DNA from: an uncultured Chloroflexia bacterium
GTDB taxonomy: Bacteria > Chloroflexota > Limnocylindria > Limnocylindrales > CSP1-4
Direction: 5' to 3'
Length of the DNA stretch: 64,000 nucleotides
Assembly (NCBI GenBank): GCA_963713975.1
Contig: OY970218.1
Coordinates: forward strand, 2,528,001 to 2,592,000
Part shown: positions 24,697 to 35,392 of the stretch, piece after piece
Numbering within the stretch: the first letter of the stretch is position 1
Layout of the letters: each line of letters starts with the position of its first letter
Program-made: the position numbers and the translations under genes
The notes under the pieces: generated by a model
Seen by the model: only the letters and a program-made list of their open reading frames with translations
What the model was told of the DNA's origin: nothing
Database searches by the model: none

Positions 24697-26949
24697 TCAC
24701 CTCCGCGTGGCGTCGCACCAGGCGTCGAGCGCGCGCGCCGCCGCGTCCGCCGTTGCCAGGACCGGGATCCCGGCCGCTGCCAGCCGATCCCGGAACGGGT
24801 CGTACAGCGAGCCGGCATCGACCACGCACACCCAGGGCTTGTCGGTCTCGCGCCACAGCTGTGCGAGCGTCGAGGCGATCGCGCCCGGGCGGTCCAGGTC
24901 CTCGTCGTGCAGCTGGCCGGGCTCCAGGGTCTCGATCGTGTCCGTCATCGGCACGATGCCCACGATCCCGACATCGATCTCGTCGGCCTCGAGGATCACG
25001 CGCCCGACATCCGCGGTGATCGTGGCGTTGGCGATGGGCGTCAGGTCCAGCGGGTTGTGGACATCCACCACGGACACGATCCCGGCCGGCTCCAGGATCG
25101 CCAGGAGCCGTGCCTCCGTCGGGGCGGCGAACGGGACCAGATCCAGCGAGCCCGCGTGGTCAGCGATCGTGACGCACTCCGAGCCCGCGTTGCTGGTCGC
25201 CCCCAGGCGGCGGCCCCTGGCGGGCCTGGCGTCGAGCATCGTGAACACCCGGAGCAGGTCGTCGAAGGCGGCGGGCGTGTCGGCGATCGTGACCCCGGCG
25301 GCCCGGGCCAGCTCCCGGGTGACCGTCGCGTCGCCCGCGATGGCCGCCGTGTGGCTGGCCGACGCGCTGGTCCCGGCTGCCGTCCGACCGGCGCGGTAGA
25401 GGATCACCCTCCGGCCCGACGCGGTGATGCGCGCGGCGGCCTCGAGGAACCGCAGGCCGTCCAGGCGGGCGAACCCCTCCACGTAGACCCCGAACACGCG
25501 GACCCCCGGGTCGTCCGCCAGGTGGGTCAGGAAGTCGCCCGCGGTCAGGTCCATCTGGTTGCCGATGGTGATCACGTAGCGCGGGTCGAGCGGGGCCATC
25601 CGGGCCAGGCGGGTGATCGCGAATGCGCCGCTGCCGGTGATCAGCGCGACGGGCGCGGGCCGGGAGCCGGGGGGCAGCTTGATCCGCGGGATGAACAGGG
25701 TGTCGTAGCGACCGGGTCGCGACCGGATGCCGAGGCAGTTGCCGCCGCTGATGACCGGACCGCCCGAGCCCCTGCCCCTGGCATCGGCGAGCGCCGAGCG
25801 CATCCTCGCCGCCAGGACGCCTCCGCCCTCCGTCTCCTCGAGTCCGCCCGGGATCACGATCATCGACTCCGTCAGGTCACGCTCCACGACCTCCGCGACG
25901 AAGGCCGGGGTGGCGGCAGCCGGCAGCACGATCACGAACAGGTCGACCTTGGCCGGCAGCGACGCGAGGTCGGGCACGCATCGGACGCCGTCGATGCTGT
26001 CGGCGCCGGGCTTGACGACGACGACGTTGCCGGGCGCGAAACCGTCCCGCAGGATGTTGCCCAGGATGACCCGCCCCGGGTTCGAGCCGGACGAGACGCC
26101 GACGATGGCGATCGACCGTGGGGCCAGGAGCCTGGCGACCTTGTGCAGCGGGCGTGGTGCCCTGGCCGGGCGCGGTCCGTCGCCCAGGGTGACGAGGATG
26201 TCCAGCGCGACGACCCCGCCAGGGGTGACCGCCGCCGGGTTGATCTCGATCTCGAGCAGGTCGTCCGGCGCCAGCACGGCGAGGGACAGCAGACGGGTCA
26301 CGACGTCGACCAGCGCCTCGACCCGCAGGTGCGGCGCCTGACCCCGGACGGAGGTCGTGGCCAGCCGGACCGCCGTCGAGCCCGCGAGCGCGGTCGCGAT
26401 ACCCACGGGTGGCGTCAGGGCAGGGGAGACGATGGCGATCTCACGTCCGGGCAGGAGATCGGCCGCGAGCGCCTCGGTGAGGATCCCGCCCGCACCGACC
26501 GCCACGATCGGCCCCATGTCGTCCGTCCAGCGCAGCGCGAGCAGCAGCTCGCCACCGGGACCCGCGTCGTGCTCGACGAACTCGGCCACGATGAAGCCAT
26601 CGGGTGCGTCGTCCAGCCTGGAGCGCATCGCCGCCATCGCCGCGCGGACGGCCGCCGGATCGCGCGCCACCACGGCCACGCCGCCGACCTCGGTCTTGTG
26701 CTGGATGCCACCGGCCACGACCTTGACCACGACGCGATCCCCGGGCAGACCCGCCAGCAGGGCGTCGTCGACGGCCGCCTCGTCCGCCACGAGGTGCCAG
26801 CGCGGCACGCTGATCCCGGCCGCCGCGAGCAGCGCGAGGCCCTCGGGCTCGAGGAGGGTGGCCCTGCCGTCGGCCCTGGCTCCGGCGACGATCGCCCGGG
26901 CGGCGGCGAGGTCCGCGGCGGGCGGGGTAGGGGACTCCAGCGGGGTCAT
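24697..26949 (-). CDS. Acetate/acyl-CoA ligase (ADP-forming), ATP-grasp domain N-terminal
   Basis: HKTEVGGV, EINP, LLAPRSIAIVGVS, GNCLG, phospho-His ASHTAAIAG, and NPLDLT. Confidence 0.9.
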   Translation of the reverse strand: MTPLESPTPPAADLAAARAIVAGARADGRATLLEPEGLALLAAAGISVPRWHLVADEAAVDDALLAGLPGDRVVVKVVAGGIQHKTEVGGVAVVARDPAAVRAAMAAMRSRLDDAPDGFIVAEFVEHDAGPGGELLLALRWTDDMGPIVAVGAGGILTEALAADLLPGREIAIVSPALTPPVGIATALAGSTAVRLATTSVRGQAPHLRVEALVDVVTRLLSLAVLAPDDLLEIEINPAAVTPGGVVALDILVTLGDGPRPARAPRPLHKVARLLAPRSIAIVGVSSGSNPGRVILGNILRDGFAPGNVVVVKPGADSIDGVRCVPDLASLPAKVDLFVIVLPAAATPAFVAEVVERDLTESMIVIPGGLEETEGGGVLAARMRSALADARGRGSGGPVISGGNCLGIRSRPGRYDTLFIPRIKLPPGSRPAPVALITGSGAFAITRLARMAPLDPRYVITIGNQMDLTAGDFLTHLADDPGVRVFGVYVEGFARLDGLRFLEAAARITASGRRVILYRAGRTAAGTSASASHTAAIAGDATVTRELARAAGVTIADTPAAFDDLLRVFTMLDARPARGRRLGATSNAGSECVTIADHAGSLDLVPFAAPTEARLLAILEPAGIVSVVDVHNPLDLTPIANATITADVGRVILEADEIDVGIVGIVPMTDTIETLEPGQLHDEDLDRPGAIASTLAQLWRETDKPWVCVVDAGSLYDPFRDRLAAAGIPVLATADAAARALDAWCDATRR

Positions 26950-27256
26950 GGGGACAGGGTGCGCCGGGTGGGCACCGGCTTGCAAGGCGGACGTGAGGCG
27001 GTGGGCCCGACAGCGGTCCCGGACGGCGCGATCTGCGGATCGCTGATAGGGTGCCGCCCGCAACGTCATCGACAGGGGTTTACAGCTTCATAGCGCCGCC
27101 GCGGCGGGTTTCCTGCCGAGCGGTCGACACCTCGTCGATCGTCGTTCGCGCGCTCCCCCTGTCCTGTGTCACGGGTGAGCCCCCTCCCTCTGCGCCGTGC
27201 GGCGCCGTCCCTTCGTCATGGCGGTCGCCCGCCGTGCTCGGACAGAGAGGAGCCCA

Positions 27257-27847
27257 TTGGGGGTCACCAACGGCCTTCGGGTCATCAGCCTCGCAACCAT
27301 CGTCACGCTCGCGTCCGTCTCCGTGCAGGCCGCGCCCGTCTCGGCAGCGGATCCCGATCCGACGCCGACGGCCGATCCGGCACCGACCGCCGACCCGGCG
27401 CCATCCCCGGACCCCACGCCGGACCCCGCACTCGCCCCCCAGGTCATCGCCCCCGTCGTCGTCGTGCGACCTGACTACCGGGCCCGTGTCGTCCGGGTCG
27501 CAAAGGCGCAGCTTCGCGATCGCTACCGGCGCGGCGCAATCGGCCCCAGGGCGTTCGACTGCTCCGGCCTCGTCCACTTCTCGTACACGCGTGCGGGCGT
27601 GGGCCGGCGGATCGGCGGCGGACACTCGGCGCGCGGCATGCTCCGCTGGGGTCGCCTCCACGGCCGGACGAGCCGCCGCAACCCGCGTATCGGGGATGTC
27701 GTGATCTATGGCAACGGTTCGCACGCGGCGATCTACATCGGGAACGGCCGGGTGGTCAGCGCCCTCAATCCGCGGCAGGGGATCCGGATCACCCGGCTCC
27801 ATGCCCTTGGCGCGCCGTTCACGACCTTCATCCACACCGGCATCTAG
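27257..27847 (+). CDS. Secreted NlpC/P60 (C40) peptidoglycan endopeptidase
   Basis: GAGAGGAG RBS with TTG start, signal peptide, FDCSGL and SHAAIYIG. Confidence 0.9.
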   Translation: MGVTNGLRVISLATIVTLASVSVQAAPVSAADPDPTPTADPAPTADPAPSPDPTPDPALAPQVIAPVVVVRPDYRARVVRVAKAQLRDRYRRGAIGPRAFDCSGLVHFSYTRAGVGRRIGGGHSARGMLRWGRLHGRTSRRNPRIGDVVIYGNGSHAAIYIGNGRVVSALNPRQGIRITRLHALGAPFTTFIHTGI

Positions 27848-27983
27848 CGTCCCGACCGCAGGTCGTTCGCGGGTTGAACAGAGCCTGCGCCCGTGTATCA
27901 CGGCTGGTGACGGGGCACGCCGGCTCACGAGAAGGTCCGGAGGCCGTGAAGCCGAACCCGCCGGCCGCCCGTATGCTTCCGTC

Positions 27984-28862
27984 ATGCCCGGACTCGACGG
28001 CCCCACCGCGCTCGCCCGACCCATCGTCGCCGACGGTGCGATGGGAACCGCCCTGTTTGCCGCGGGCATGCCCGTCGGGGAGGCGCCCGAGGCGTGGCTG
28101 CTCACCGAAGCCGGGGCCGCCGCGATCACCGAGGTCCATCGCGGTCACGTTCGGACCGGCGCACGGATCGTCCTCACCTCGAGCTTTGGGGCGAACCCGC
28201 TGCGCCTCGCCGGGTCGGCCCTCGAGGGACACAGCGCCGAGGTCTGCCGGGCGGCGGTCGCGGCCGCGCGGTCTGCGGCGGGCCCGGGCGTGATCGTCGC
28301 CGGGAGCCTGGGGCCGACGGGGGGCGTGCTGGCGCCGTACGGGGACCTGGACGAGGACGCCGTCCGCGCGGCCTACGCGGAGGAGGCCTCGTCGCTCGTG
28401 GCGGCGGGCGTGGATCTCCTCTGGGTGGAGACCATGATGGACCTGCGCGAGGCCGTCGCGGCCGTGGACGGTGCCCGTGAAGCTGCGCCCGGTGTCCCGG
28501 TGATCGCGACGCTGGTGTTCAAGCGTGGCCGCACGATGTTCGGTGACACGCCGTCCGGCGCCGCCACGACGCTTGCGGAGCACGGGGTCGCAGGCGTCGG
28601 CGCCAACTGCGGGGATGGGTTCGCGTCGGTCGAGGAGGTCATCTCCGCGCTCGTGGCCGCGGCGCCCGGCCTGCACATCATCGCCAAGGCCAACGCGGGA
28701 GCGCCGCGACGCGAGCCGGACGGTCGGACCGTCTACCCGGGAACGCCCGAGGAGGCTGCGGGCTATGCGCGCCGGGCGGCCGATGCCGGGGCGACGATCA
28801 TCGGCGGGTGCTGCGGCACCACCGCGGACCACGTGGCGGCCATCGCCGCTGCGCTCGCGTAG
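27984..28862 (+). CDS. Homocysteine S-methyltransferase domain protein (split MetH-like)
   Basis: DGAMGT, VETM, GANC and IGGCCGT zinc motifs. Confidence 0.9.
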   Translation: MPGLDGPTALARPIVADGAMGTALFAAGMPVGEAPEAWLLTEAGAAAITEVHRGHVRTGARIVLTSSFGANPLRLAGSALEGHSAEVCRAAVAAARSAAGPGVIVAGSLGPTGGVLAPYGDLDEDAVRAAYAEEASSLVAAGVDLLWVETMMDLREAVAAVDGAREAAPGVPVIATLVFKRGRTMFGDTPSGAATTLAEHGVAGVGANCGDGFASVEEVISALVAAAPGLHIIAKANAGAPRREPDGRTVYPGTPEEAAGYARRAADAGATIIGGCCGTTADHVAAIAAALA

Positions 28863-29005
28863 GCGGACACGACAGGGAACCTCCGCCCCGCGGACCAGTG
28901 ACAACGGCTGCGCCGTGCGGGAGCAACGGCACTCCCACGACGGCCGACGGTGGCGAGACCATGGCTGCCGACTCGCCAGCCATACGCATCCATCCCGGAG
29001 GAATC

Positions 29006-29485
29006 GTGCCCACCATCAGCCAGGCCACGGAGGACTTCCTGGCCCAGCGCCGCATTGCCGTCGTCGGCGTCTCGCGCGAGCCCGGAGGCAAGCACGGCGG
29101 CAACATCGTCTACCAGCGTCTCAAGGATCGCGGCTACGAGGTGTTTGCGGTCAACCCGAATGCCGACACCGTCGAGGGCGACCCCTGCTTCCACGATCTC
29201 GCGTCGATCCCCGGTGGCGTCGATGCGGTGGTGATCGCCACGACGCCGGATGTCACGCCGTCGGTCGCCCGCGAGTGCCAGGAGCTCGGGATCACGCGGG
29301 TCTGGATGCACCGGTCGTTCAGCGGCGGCAGCGTGTCCGCCGAGGCACACGAGTTCTGCCGCGCGAACGGCATCGCCTCGATCGCCGGAGGCTGCCCGCT
29401 CATGTACGGACCGACGTCGGACGGCGGTCACCGCTTCATGCGCTCCATGCTGGGCCTGTTCGGGAGGCTGCCCAAGGAGGCGTGA
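29006..29485 (+). CDS. CoA-binding protein
   Basis: IAVVGVSR, VNP, VWMH and GGCPLM. Confidence 0.85.
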   Translation: MPTISQATEDFLAQRRIAVVGVSREPGGKHGGNIVYQRLKDRGYEVFAVNPNADTVEGDPCFHDLASIPGGVDAVVIATTPDVTPSVARECQELGITRVWMHRSFSGGSVSAEAHEFCRANGIASIAGGCPLMYGPTSDGGHRFMRSMLGLFGRLPKEA

Positions 29486-29559
29486 CCACGGCCGGGCCGG
29501 CACCGCCGGACGGTCAGGCACCCGATGGTCGCCGCGGCCACAGGCCGCATACTCCCTGC

Positions 29560-31002
29560 ATGCGGATCCTTGTGGTGGGCGCCAGTGGGTACATCGGCGG
29601 TCGCCTCGCCGGGCTCCTTCTCGCCCGGGGTGAGGACGTCGTCCTCACCAGCAGGGACGCCCGGCCGCTCGAGGCCCGGTTCCCCGACGCGCGCGTCGTC
29701 GCGGCGGACCTGCTCGCTCCGGCCACGCTGGCAGCGGTGCTCGACGGCGTCGATGTCGCCTACTACCTGGCGCACTCAATGGGTGCGGGCGAGCGCGGCT
29801 TCCGTGAGCGGGACCGGACGGCCGCAGGAAACTTCGCCGCCGCGGCGGCGCGGGCGGGGGTGGCACGGATCGTCTACCTCGGGGGGCTCGGTGACGATGA
29901 CGCCGACCTCTCCCACCATCTCGCCAGCCGTCACGAGACCGGTGCCGAGCTGGCGGCACACGGCGTCCCGGTCACCGAGTTCCGGGCCGCGGTCATCATC
30001 GGGTCGGGGAGCGCCTCGTTCGAGATCCTGCGCCACCTCACGGAGCGCCTGCCGGTCATGATCACGCCGCGCTGGGTTGGCACCCGCTGTCAGCCGATCG
30101 GGATCCGTGACGTCCTGGACTACCTGGTCGGCGCGCTCGACCATCCGGAGATCGATGGAGTCGTCGAGATCGGGGGGCCGGACATCCTCTCGTACGGCGA
30201 CATGATGCAGGCCTACGCTCGTCTCCGGGGACTGCGCCGACTCATGATCCCGGTCCCGGTCCTGACGCCGCGCCTCAGCTCGTACTGGGTGAATTTCGTT
30301 TCTCCGGTGCCGGCCTCGATCGCCCGACCGCTCATTGAAGGCCTGCGCAACGAGGTGGTCGTGCGGGATCCCGGCCCCGCGGCTGCCTTTGGCCTCCAGC
30401 CGCTCACCTTGGACGAAGCGCTCGGGCGCGCGATCGACCGCACAGACCGCCACGACGTGGAGTCGACGTGGTTCGACGCCCTGGTCGCACCCGGCAAGGC
30501 CAGTCTCGCCTCGGTGACATCGCTCGAGGGGATGATCGTGGAGCGTCGGGCGCGGAGCGTCGCAACCTCGCCGGAGCAGGTATTCGGCGAGATCGAATCC
30601 CTGGGTGGCGATGCCGGCTGGCCGTACGCGAACGCCCTGTGGCGCATTCGCGGGCTGGCGGACCAGCTGGTCGGTGGCGTGGGCATGCGCCTCGGCCGGC
30701 GCGACCCCGACCACCTGCGGGTGGGCGACGCGGTGGACTTCTGGCGGGTGGAAGAGGTCCGGCGGCCCACCCTCCTCCGCCTGCGGGCCGAGATGAAGGT
30801 GCCCGGCCGTGCCTGGCTCCAGTACGAGGTGACCGAAACGGACACCGGCTGCCGTCTTGTCCAGACCGCCCTGTTCGAGCCGAAGGGACTCCCCGGGCTG
30901 GCATACTGGTACGCGCTCTACCCTGTCCACGGCCTCATCTTCCGTGGCTCGGTGCGCGTACTCGCCGAGCGGGCGACGCGGCGCGACAGGGAGGAACGAT
31001 GA
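29560..31002 (+). CDS. SDR/NAD(P)-binding protein with DUF2867 (YbjT-like)
   Basis: [25 protein letters not shown] and [11 protein letters not shown]. Confidence 0.9.
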   Translation: MRILVVGASGYIGGRLAGLLLARGEDVVLTSRDARPLEARFPDARVVAADLLAPATLAAVLDGVDVAYYLAHSMGAGERGFRERDRTAAGNFAAAAARAGVARIVYLGGLGDDDADLSHHLASRHETGAELAAHGVPVTEFRAAVIIGSGSASFEILRHLTERLPVMITPRWVGTRCQPIGIRDVLDYLVGALDHPEIDGVVEIGGPDILSYGDMMQAYARLRGLRRLMIPVPVLTPRLSSYWVNFVSPVPASIARPLIEGLRNEVVVRDPGPAAAFGLQPLTLDEALGRAIDRTDRHDVESTWFDALVAPGKASLASVTSLEGMIVERRARSVATSPEQVFGEIESLGGDAGWPYANALWRIRGLADQLVGGVGMRLGRRDPDHLRVGDAVDFWRVEEVRRPTLLRLRAEMKVPGRAWLQYEVTETDTGCRLVQTALFEPKGLPGLAYWYALYPVHGLIFRGSVRVLAERATRRDREER

Positions 31003-31778
31003 CCCCAGCCGAGATCCGATCGTGGTTGATCGACATGGACGGCGTGCTGGTCCACGAGGAGACCGAGATCCCCGGCGCCGGCGACTTCCTGGCGCGCCTC
31101 GCTGCGCTTGGCATGCGCTACATGGTCATGACCAACAACTCCATCTACACACCACGGGATCTCGCGGCACGCCTGCGCGCCAGCGGGCTCGACGTCCCAG
31201 CGGAGTGCATCTGGACGTCCGCCCTGGCGACCGCACGGTTCCTGCGCAAGCAGCGGCCGGGCGGATCGGCGTTCGTCATCGGTGAGTCGGGGCTCACCAC
31301 GGCCCTGCACGACGCCGGCTACACCCTGGCCGAGCGCAATCCCGACTACGTCGTCCTGGGCGAGACCCGCACCTACAGCTTCGAGCGGGTGACGCGCGCG
31401 ATCCGCCTGGTCGCCGATGGGGCCCGCTTCATCGCCACCAACCCGGACCCCAGTGGCCCGACCCCGGACGGGCCGGTGCCGGCGACGGGCGCGGTCGCCG
31501 CCCTCATCAGCCGCGCGACTGGCGTCGAGCCCTACTTCGTGGGCAAGCCGAACCCGCTGATGATCCGCAGTGCCCTCAATGCCCTCGACGGCCACTCGGA
31601 GACGGCGGCGGTGATCGGGGACCGGATGGACACCGACGTCAAGTCGGGCCTCGAGGCCGGCATGCACACGATCCTGGTGCTGACGGGGTCGACGGCCGCC
31701 GGCGACGTGGACAGGTACCCCTTCCGGCCGTCCCAGGTCGTGGACTCGATCGCGGATCTCACGGCGGATCTCCGCTAG
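30999..31778 (+). CDS. HAD-IIA hydrolase (NagD-like)
   Basis: DMDGVL, TNN, GKP and GDRMDTD. Confidence 0.92.
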   Translation: MTPAEIRSWLIDMDGVLVHEETEIPGAGDFLARLAALGMRYMVMTNNSIYTPRDLAARLRASGLDVPAECIWTSALATARFLRKQRPGGSAFVIGESGLTTALHDAGYTLAERNPDYVVLGETRTYSFERVTRAIRLVADGARFIATNPDPSGPTPDGPVPATGAVAALISRATGVEPYFVGKPNPLMIRSALNALDGHSETAAVIGDRMDTDVKSGLEAGMHTILVLTGSTAAGDVDRYPFRPSQVVDSIADLTADLR

Positions 31779-31873
31779 GCGTCTCGACCCACGTCTGGGA
31801 CTTTCGTGGGGTGGCTGGACCGGGACGTGGCTGGGTAGGGTGAGGGCAAGCCACAAGCGACTGGAGGTCGCCA

Positions 31874-32185
31874 ATGTCCCTCAACACCGCTCGCCCCCGC
31901 ACCGTGGGCAGCTCTCGCCAGCCCAATGAGTTCGGGCAGGCGCTGGTCGAATACATGCTGGCCGTGGCGCTCGTCGCGGTCCTCGTGATCGGTGCCGCGC
32001 TCTTCCTGGGCTCACGGACGTCCGGGACACTGTCCGATGTGGGCAACCGGATGCAGGCCGTCCCCGGGGTGGAGCTCAACGCGACCACGCCGCCGTCCGA
32101 GTACGCCACCAAGAAGACATGCAAGGCTGCCGGGTACACTTGGGTCGCCAAGGTGAAGAAGGTGCCCGCGCACTGCTCCGACTGA
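31874..32185 (+). CDS. Flp/type IVb pilin-like protein with C-terminal two-Cys extension
   Basis: GGAGG RBS; GQALVEY followed by a hydrophobic helix. Confidence 0.75.
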   Translation: MSLNTARPRTVGSSRQPNEFGQALVEYMLAVALVAVLVIGAALFLGSRTSGTLSDVGNRMQAVPGVELNATTPPSEYATKKTCKAAGYTWVAKVKKVPAHCSD

Positions 32186-32225
32186 CCCGGCCGCCCGGGG
32201 AGCGGCAGGTCCAGTGTGGCCGGCG

Positions 32226-33911
32226 CTACCCCTTCGCCTGCACCTTCGCCCAGGTGTCCTTGAGCGTCATCGTCCGGTTGAACACCGGCGCGCCGGGCGT
32301 CGTTTCCGTGTCCGCGCAGAAGTAGCCCAGCCGCTCGAACTGCACGGTTTCCCCAACCGCCACTTCCGCCAGTGACGGCTCCACGAGGGCACCGCGGATC
32401 ACGGTCTCGGATGCGGGGTTCAGGTCCGCGAACAGGTCGCCGTCCGCGCCCGGATCCGGCCTGCTGAACAGGTGGTCGTATAGCCGCACCTCCGCGCGAA
32501 CGGCGTGCGCGGCCGACACCCAGTGGAGCGTCGCCTTGGGCCGCCGCCCGTCCGGGGAGTCCCCACCACGCGTCGCCGGGTCGTACGTGCAGCGCAGCTC
32601 GACGATGTCGCCGGCCTCGTCCTTCACGATCCCGGTGCAGGTCACGAAATAGGCGGATCGCAGCCGCACCTCGCGGCCGGGAGCCAGGCGGAAGAACCTG
32701 GGCGCCGGCTCCTCCATGAAGTCGTCGCGCTCGATCCACAGCTCACGCCCGAACTCGACCTTGCGGGTCCCGGCTGACGGGTCCTCGGGGTTGTTGACGA
32801 CGTCCATCTCCTCGGACGCGCCATCGGGGAAGTTCTCGATGACCACCTTGAGCGGGTTGAGCACCCCGAAGCGCCGGGGCGAGGTCCGGTTCAGCACGCC
32901 GCGGACCGCGTGCTCGAGGGCACCGAACTCCACGACGCTGTCGGCCTTGGCCACGCCGATCATCGCCGCGAAGTCGCGGATCCCCTCGGCGGGGAAGCCG
33001 CGCCTGCGGATGCCCGCGATCGTCGGCATCCGGGGGTCGTCCCAGCCGCGCACCAGGCCCTCGTTCACGAGCCGCAGCAGCACGCGCTTGGAGAGCACCG
33101 TGTAGGTGAGGTTGAGCCGTGCGAACTCGTACTGGCGCGGACGGGAGGGAACCGGGAGGTTGTCGATGAACCAGTCGTAGAGGGGCCGATGGTTCTCGAA
33201 CTCCAGGGTGCAGATCGAATGGGTGACACCCTCGATCGCATCCGACTGGCCGTGCGCGAAGTCGTACGTCGGGTAGATGCACCACGCACTGCCGGTCCGC
33301 GGATGCTCGGCGTGCACGATCCGGTAGAGCACCGGGTCGCGCAGGATGATGTTGGGCGCCGCCATGTCGATCCTGGCGCGCAGCACGCGTGCCCCGTTCT
33401 CGAACTCGCCCGCCCGCATCCGCGCAAACAGGTCGAGGCTCTCTGCGACGGGGCGGTCCCGCCAGGGCGAGTCGCGCCCGGGCTCGGTCAGCGTGCCGCG
33501 GTGCTCGCGGATCTCGTCGGCCGTGAGGTCGTCCACGTAGGCGTTGCCGGTCTCGACCAGGTGGACGGCCCAGGCGTACAGCTGCTCGAAGTAGTCGGAC
33601 GCGTGGTAGAGGTGCTCGCCCCAGTCGAAGCCGAGCCAGCGCACGTCTGCCTCGATGGCGTCGATGTACTCCTGCTCCTCCTTGACCGGGTTGGTGTCGT
33701 CGAACCGGAGGTTGCAGCGACCGCCGAACTCCGCGGCAATGCCGAAGTTGAGGCAGATGGACTTGGCATGCCCGATGTGCAGGTAGCCGTTGGGCTCCGG
33801 CGGGAAGCGGGTGACGACGGTCTCGTGCTGGCCCGTGCGCAGGTCCGCGGCCACGATGTCGCGGATGAAGTCGGTCCGTTCCGGGGTGGGGGAGGGGGTC
33901 GCTTCGGTCAC
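32226..33911 (-). CDS. glnS: Glutamine--tRNA ligase
   Basis: [33 protein letters not shown] and QFERLGYF. Confidence 0.97.
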   Translation of the reverse strand: MTEATPSPTPERTDFIRDIVAADLRTGQHETVVTRFPPEPNGYLHIGHAKSICLNFGIAAEFGGRCNLRFDDTNPVKEEQEYIDAIEADVRWLGFDWGEHLYHASDYFEQLYAWAVHLVETGNAYVDDLTADEIREHRGTLTEPGRDSPWRDRPVAESLDLFARMRAGEFENGARVLRARIDMAAPNIILRDPVLYRIVHAEHPRTGSAWCIYPTYDFAHGQSDAIEGVTHSICTLEFENHRPLYDWFIDNLPVPSRPRQYEFARLNLTYTVLSKRVLLRLVNEGLVRGWDDPRMPTIAGIRRRGFPAEGIRDFAAMIGVAKADSVVEFGALEHAVRGVLNRTSPRRFGVLNPLKVVIENFPDGASEEMDVVNNPEDPSAGTRKVEFGRELWIERDDFMEEPAPRFFRLAPGREVRLRSAYFVTCTGIVKDEAGDIVELRCTYDPATRGGDSPDGRRPKATLHWVSAAHAVRAEVRLYDHLFSRPDPGADGDLFADLNPASETVIRGALVEPSLAEVAVGETVQFERLGYFCADTETTPGAPVFNRTMTLKDTWAKVQAKG

Positions 33912-34415
33912 CGGGGCAGCGCTCCTGGCTCAAGTCAGGCCCACATCGTAGATGGCCGATCAGTCACGCGCCATCCGTGCCTGCTGGGTTCCCTTTGCGA
34001 TGGCGGCCAGGAGCACGAGCAGGCATGGCGTGCACCGATAGGGCACCGCCGCAGCCGGCGCCCGATCCTTGAGGTACCCCGCGCTGTCTTATGGCCGGTC
34101 CCGCACCACCGTTGAGACGGCCCATCTGGCCGAGATCAACGGCATCGACGTCCGACAGGACGGGCTCCGGGCGGCGGCCGCTGGGGACCAGTCGGTCCAC
34201 GCCGCGCAGGCGGATCCCAAGGAGGTCGCGGCTGCTGTCGGGCGCCCTCACCGCAAGGATCTGGTCAGCAGAGCTGCATCGACTCGTAGTTGTGGCACAT
34301 CTCGACGGCCTCGCCAGATCGGGCGGATCGCGGCATCTAGGGCTGATTGCGCTGGACGCCGTCCTAAGGCGCCAGCTCGGTCGTTTTGGTGGTCGGGGTC
34401 GGGGCGGTCGCGCGC

Positions 34416-35234
34416 TTACGTTGCCGAGGTTCCGGCCACGAGCACTTCAGTACCCAGCAACTCGACCTCGTCGCGCATTCCGCCCGGGACTTGCGTATCC
34501 GTCACGATGATGTTCACGCCGGTAACGGGTGCGATGAGTCCCATGAATACCCGCCCCCACTTTTCGCTGTCCACAAGCGCCACTGACCGCCGCGCGATCT
34601 TCAGCATCAGGCGCTTCATGGGGACCTCCTCCAGGACCGGGTTTGTCAGGCCGTTCACAGGTGTCAAGCCACGGGCGCCGACGAACGCTATGTCAACGAA
34701 CAGCTGCGCGAGCGCCTGCTCGGCGAGGACACCGACCAGCGAGCTTGCACGCGTGTGGACGTGCCCCCCGGTGACGATGAGCTCGATGTTCGCCTGGCCA
34801 CGCAACTGCCAGGCGAGCGGGAGCGAGGTGGTGACAACCGTCAGCCGCTTGCGAGATAGCAGATGAGGTGCCATCAGTTCCGTGGTCGACCCGGCGTCGA
34901 TGACGATGGCGTCGCCGTCGTTCACGAGGTCCGCGGCTGCCTTGGCGATCTCCGCCTTCGCCTGGGCGTTCTCCTTCTGTCGGCTCGCGAGCACGTGATC
35001 TTCCGTCCGTTGCGCCCGCACCGCGTCACCCGCAACAGCGCCGCCCCATGTCCGGGCGATGATCCTGTGGTTCGCGAGCCAGATCAGATCGCGCCGGACC
35101 GTCGAGGGCGAGACCGAGAGGGACCGCGCAAGTTCGTCAACCGATGCGCCCCCAGCGGATCGGATCATCTCCGCGATCCGCAGCCGCCGCTCGGCGACCA
35201 GCGGTTCGCGCGCTTCCGGCTCGTCCTGGTGCAT
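34416..35234 (-). CDS. DeoR/GlpR family transcriptional regulator
   Basis: VSPSTVRRDL HTH, DAGSTT and DSEK. Confidence 0.93.
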   Translation of the reverse strand: MHQDEPEAREPLVAERRLRIAEMIRSAGGASVDELARSLSVSPSTVRRDLIWLANHRIIARTWGGAVAGDAVRAQRTEDHVLASRQKENAQAKAEIAKAAADLVNDGDAIVIDAGSTTELMAPHLLSRKRLTVVTTSLPLAWQLRGQANIELIVTGGHVHTRASSLVGVLAEQALAQLFVDIAFVGARGLTPVNGLTNPVLEEVPMKRLMLKIARRSVALVDSEKWGRVFMGLIAPVTGVNIIVTDTQVPGGMRDEVELLGTEVLVAGTSAT

Positions 35235-35252
35235 CGCGACCCTCCTGAGGAC

Positions 35253-35331
35253 TGAGCATACCGGACGGGCAACCCAAGAATGAGCAGAAATGAGCAGACT
35301 TAAGTGCGCAAAGATGGCGTATACTGAGCGA
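35253..35331. promoter_or_regulatory. Divergent promoter region with TGAGCA-like direct repeats (putative DeoR operator) and a TATACT -10
   Basis: tgagcat 35253, tgagcag 35281 and 35291, tgcgcaa 35305, tgagcga 35325. Confidence 0.55.
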
Positions 35332-35392
35332 ACTCGCTCGCAGGCGTCCCCTTGGAGCGGCCAAAGCGATCGCTTTTGACCGGAGGATGGGG

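Noticed and set aside
33960-34400. Possible gene fragment or degenerate att (tggcggccagga) at the island left edge
   Set aside because: The match to the tRNA end is too short, and no protein family is recognisable.
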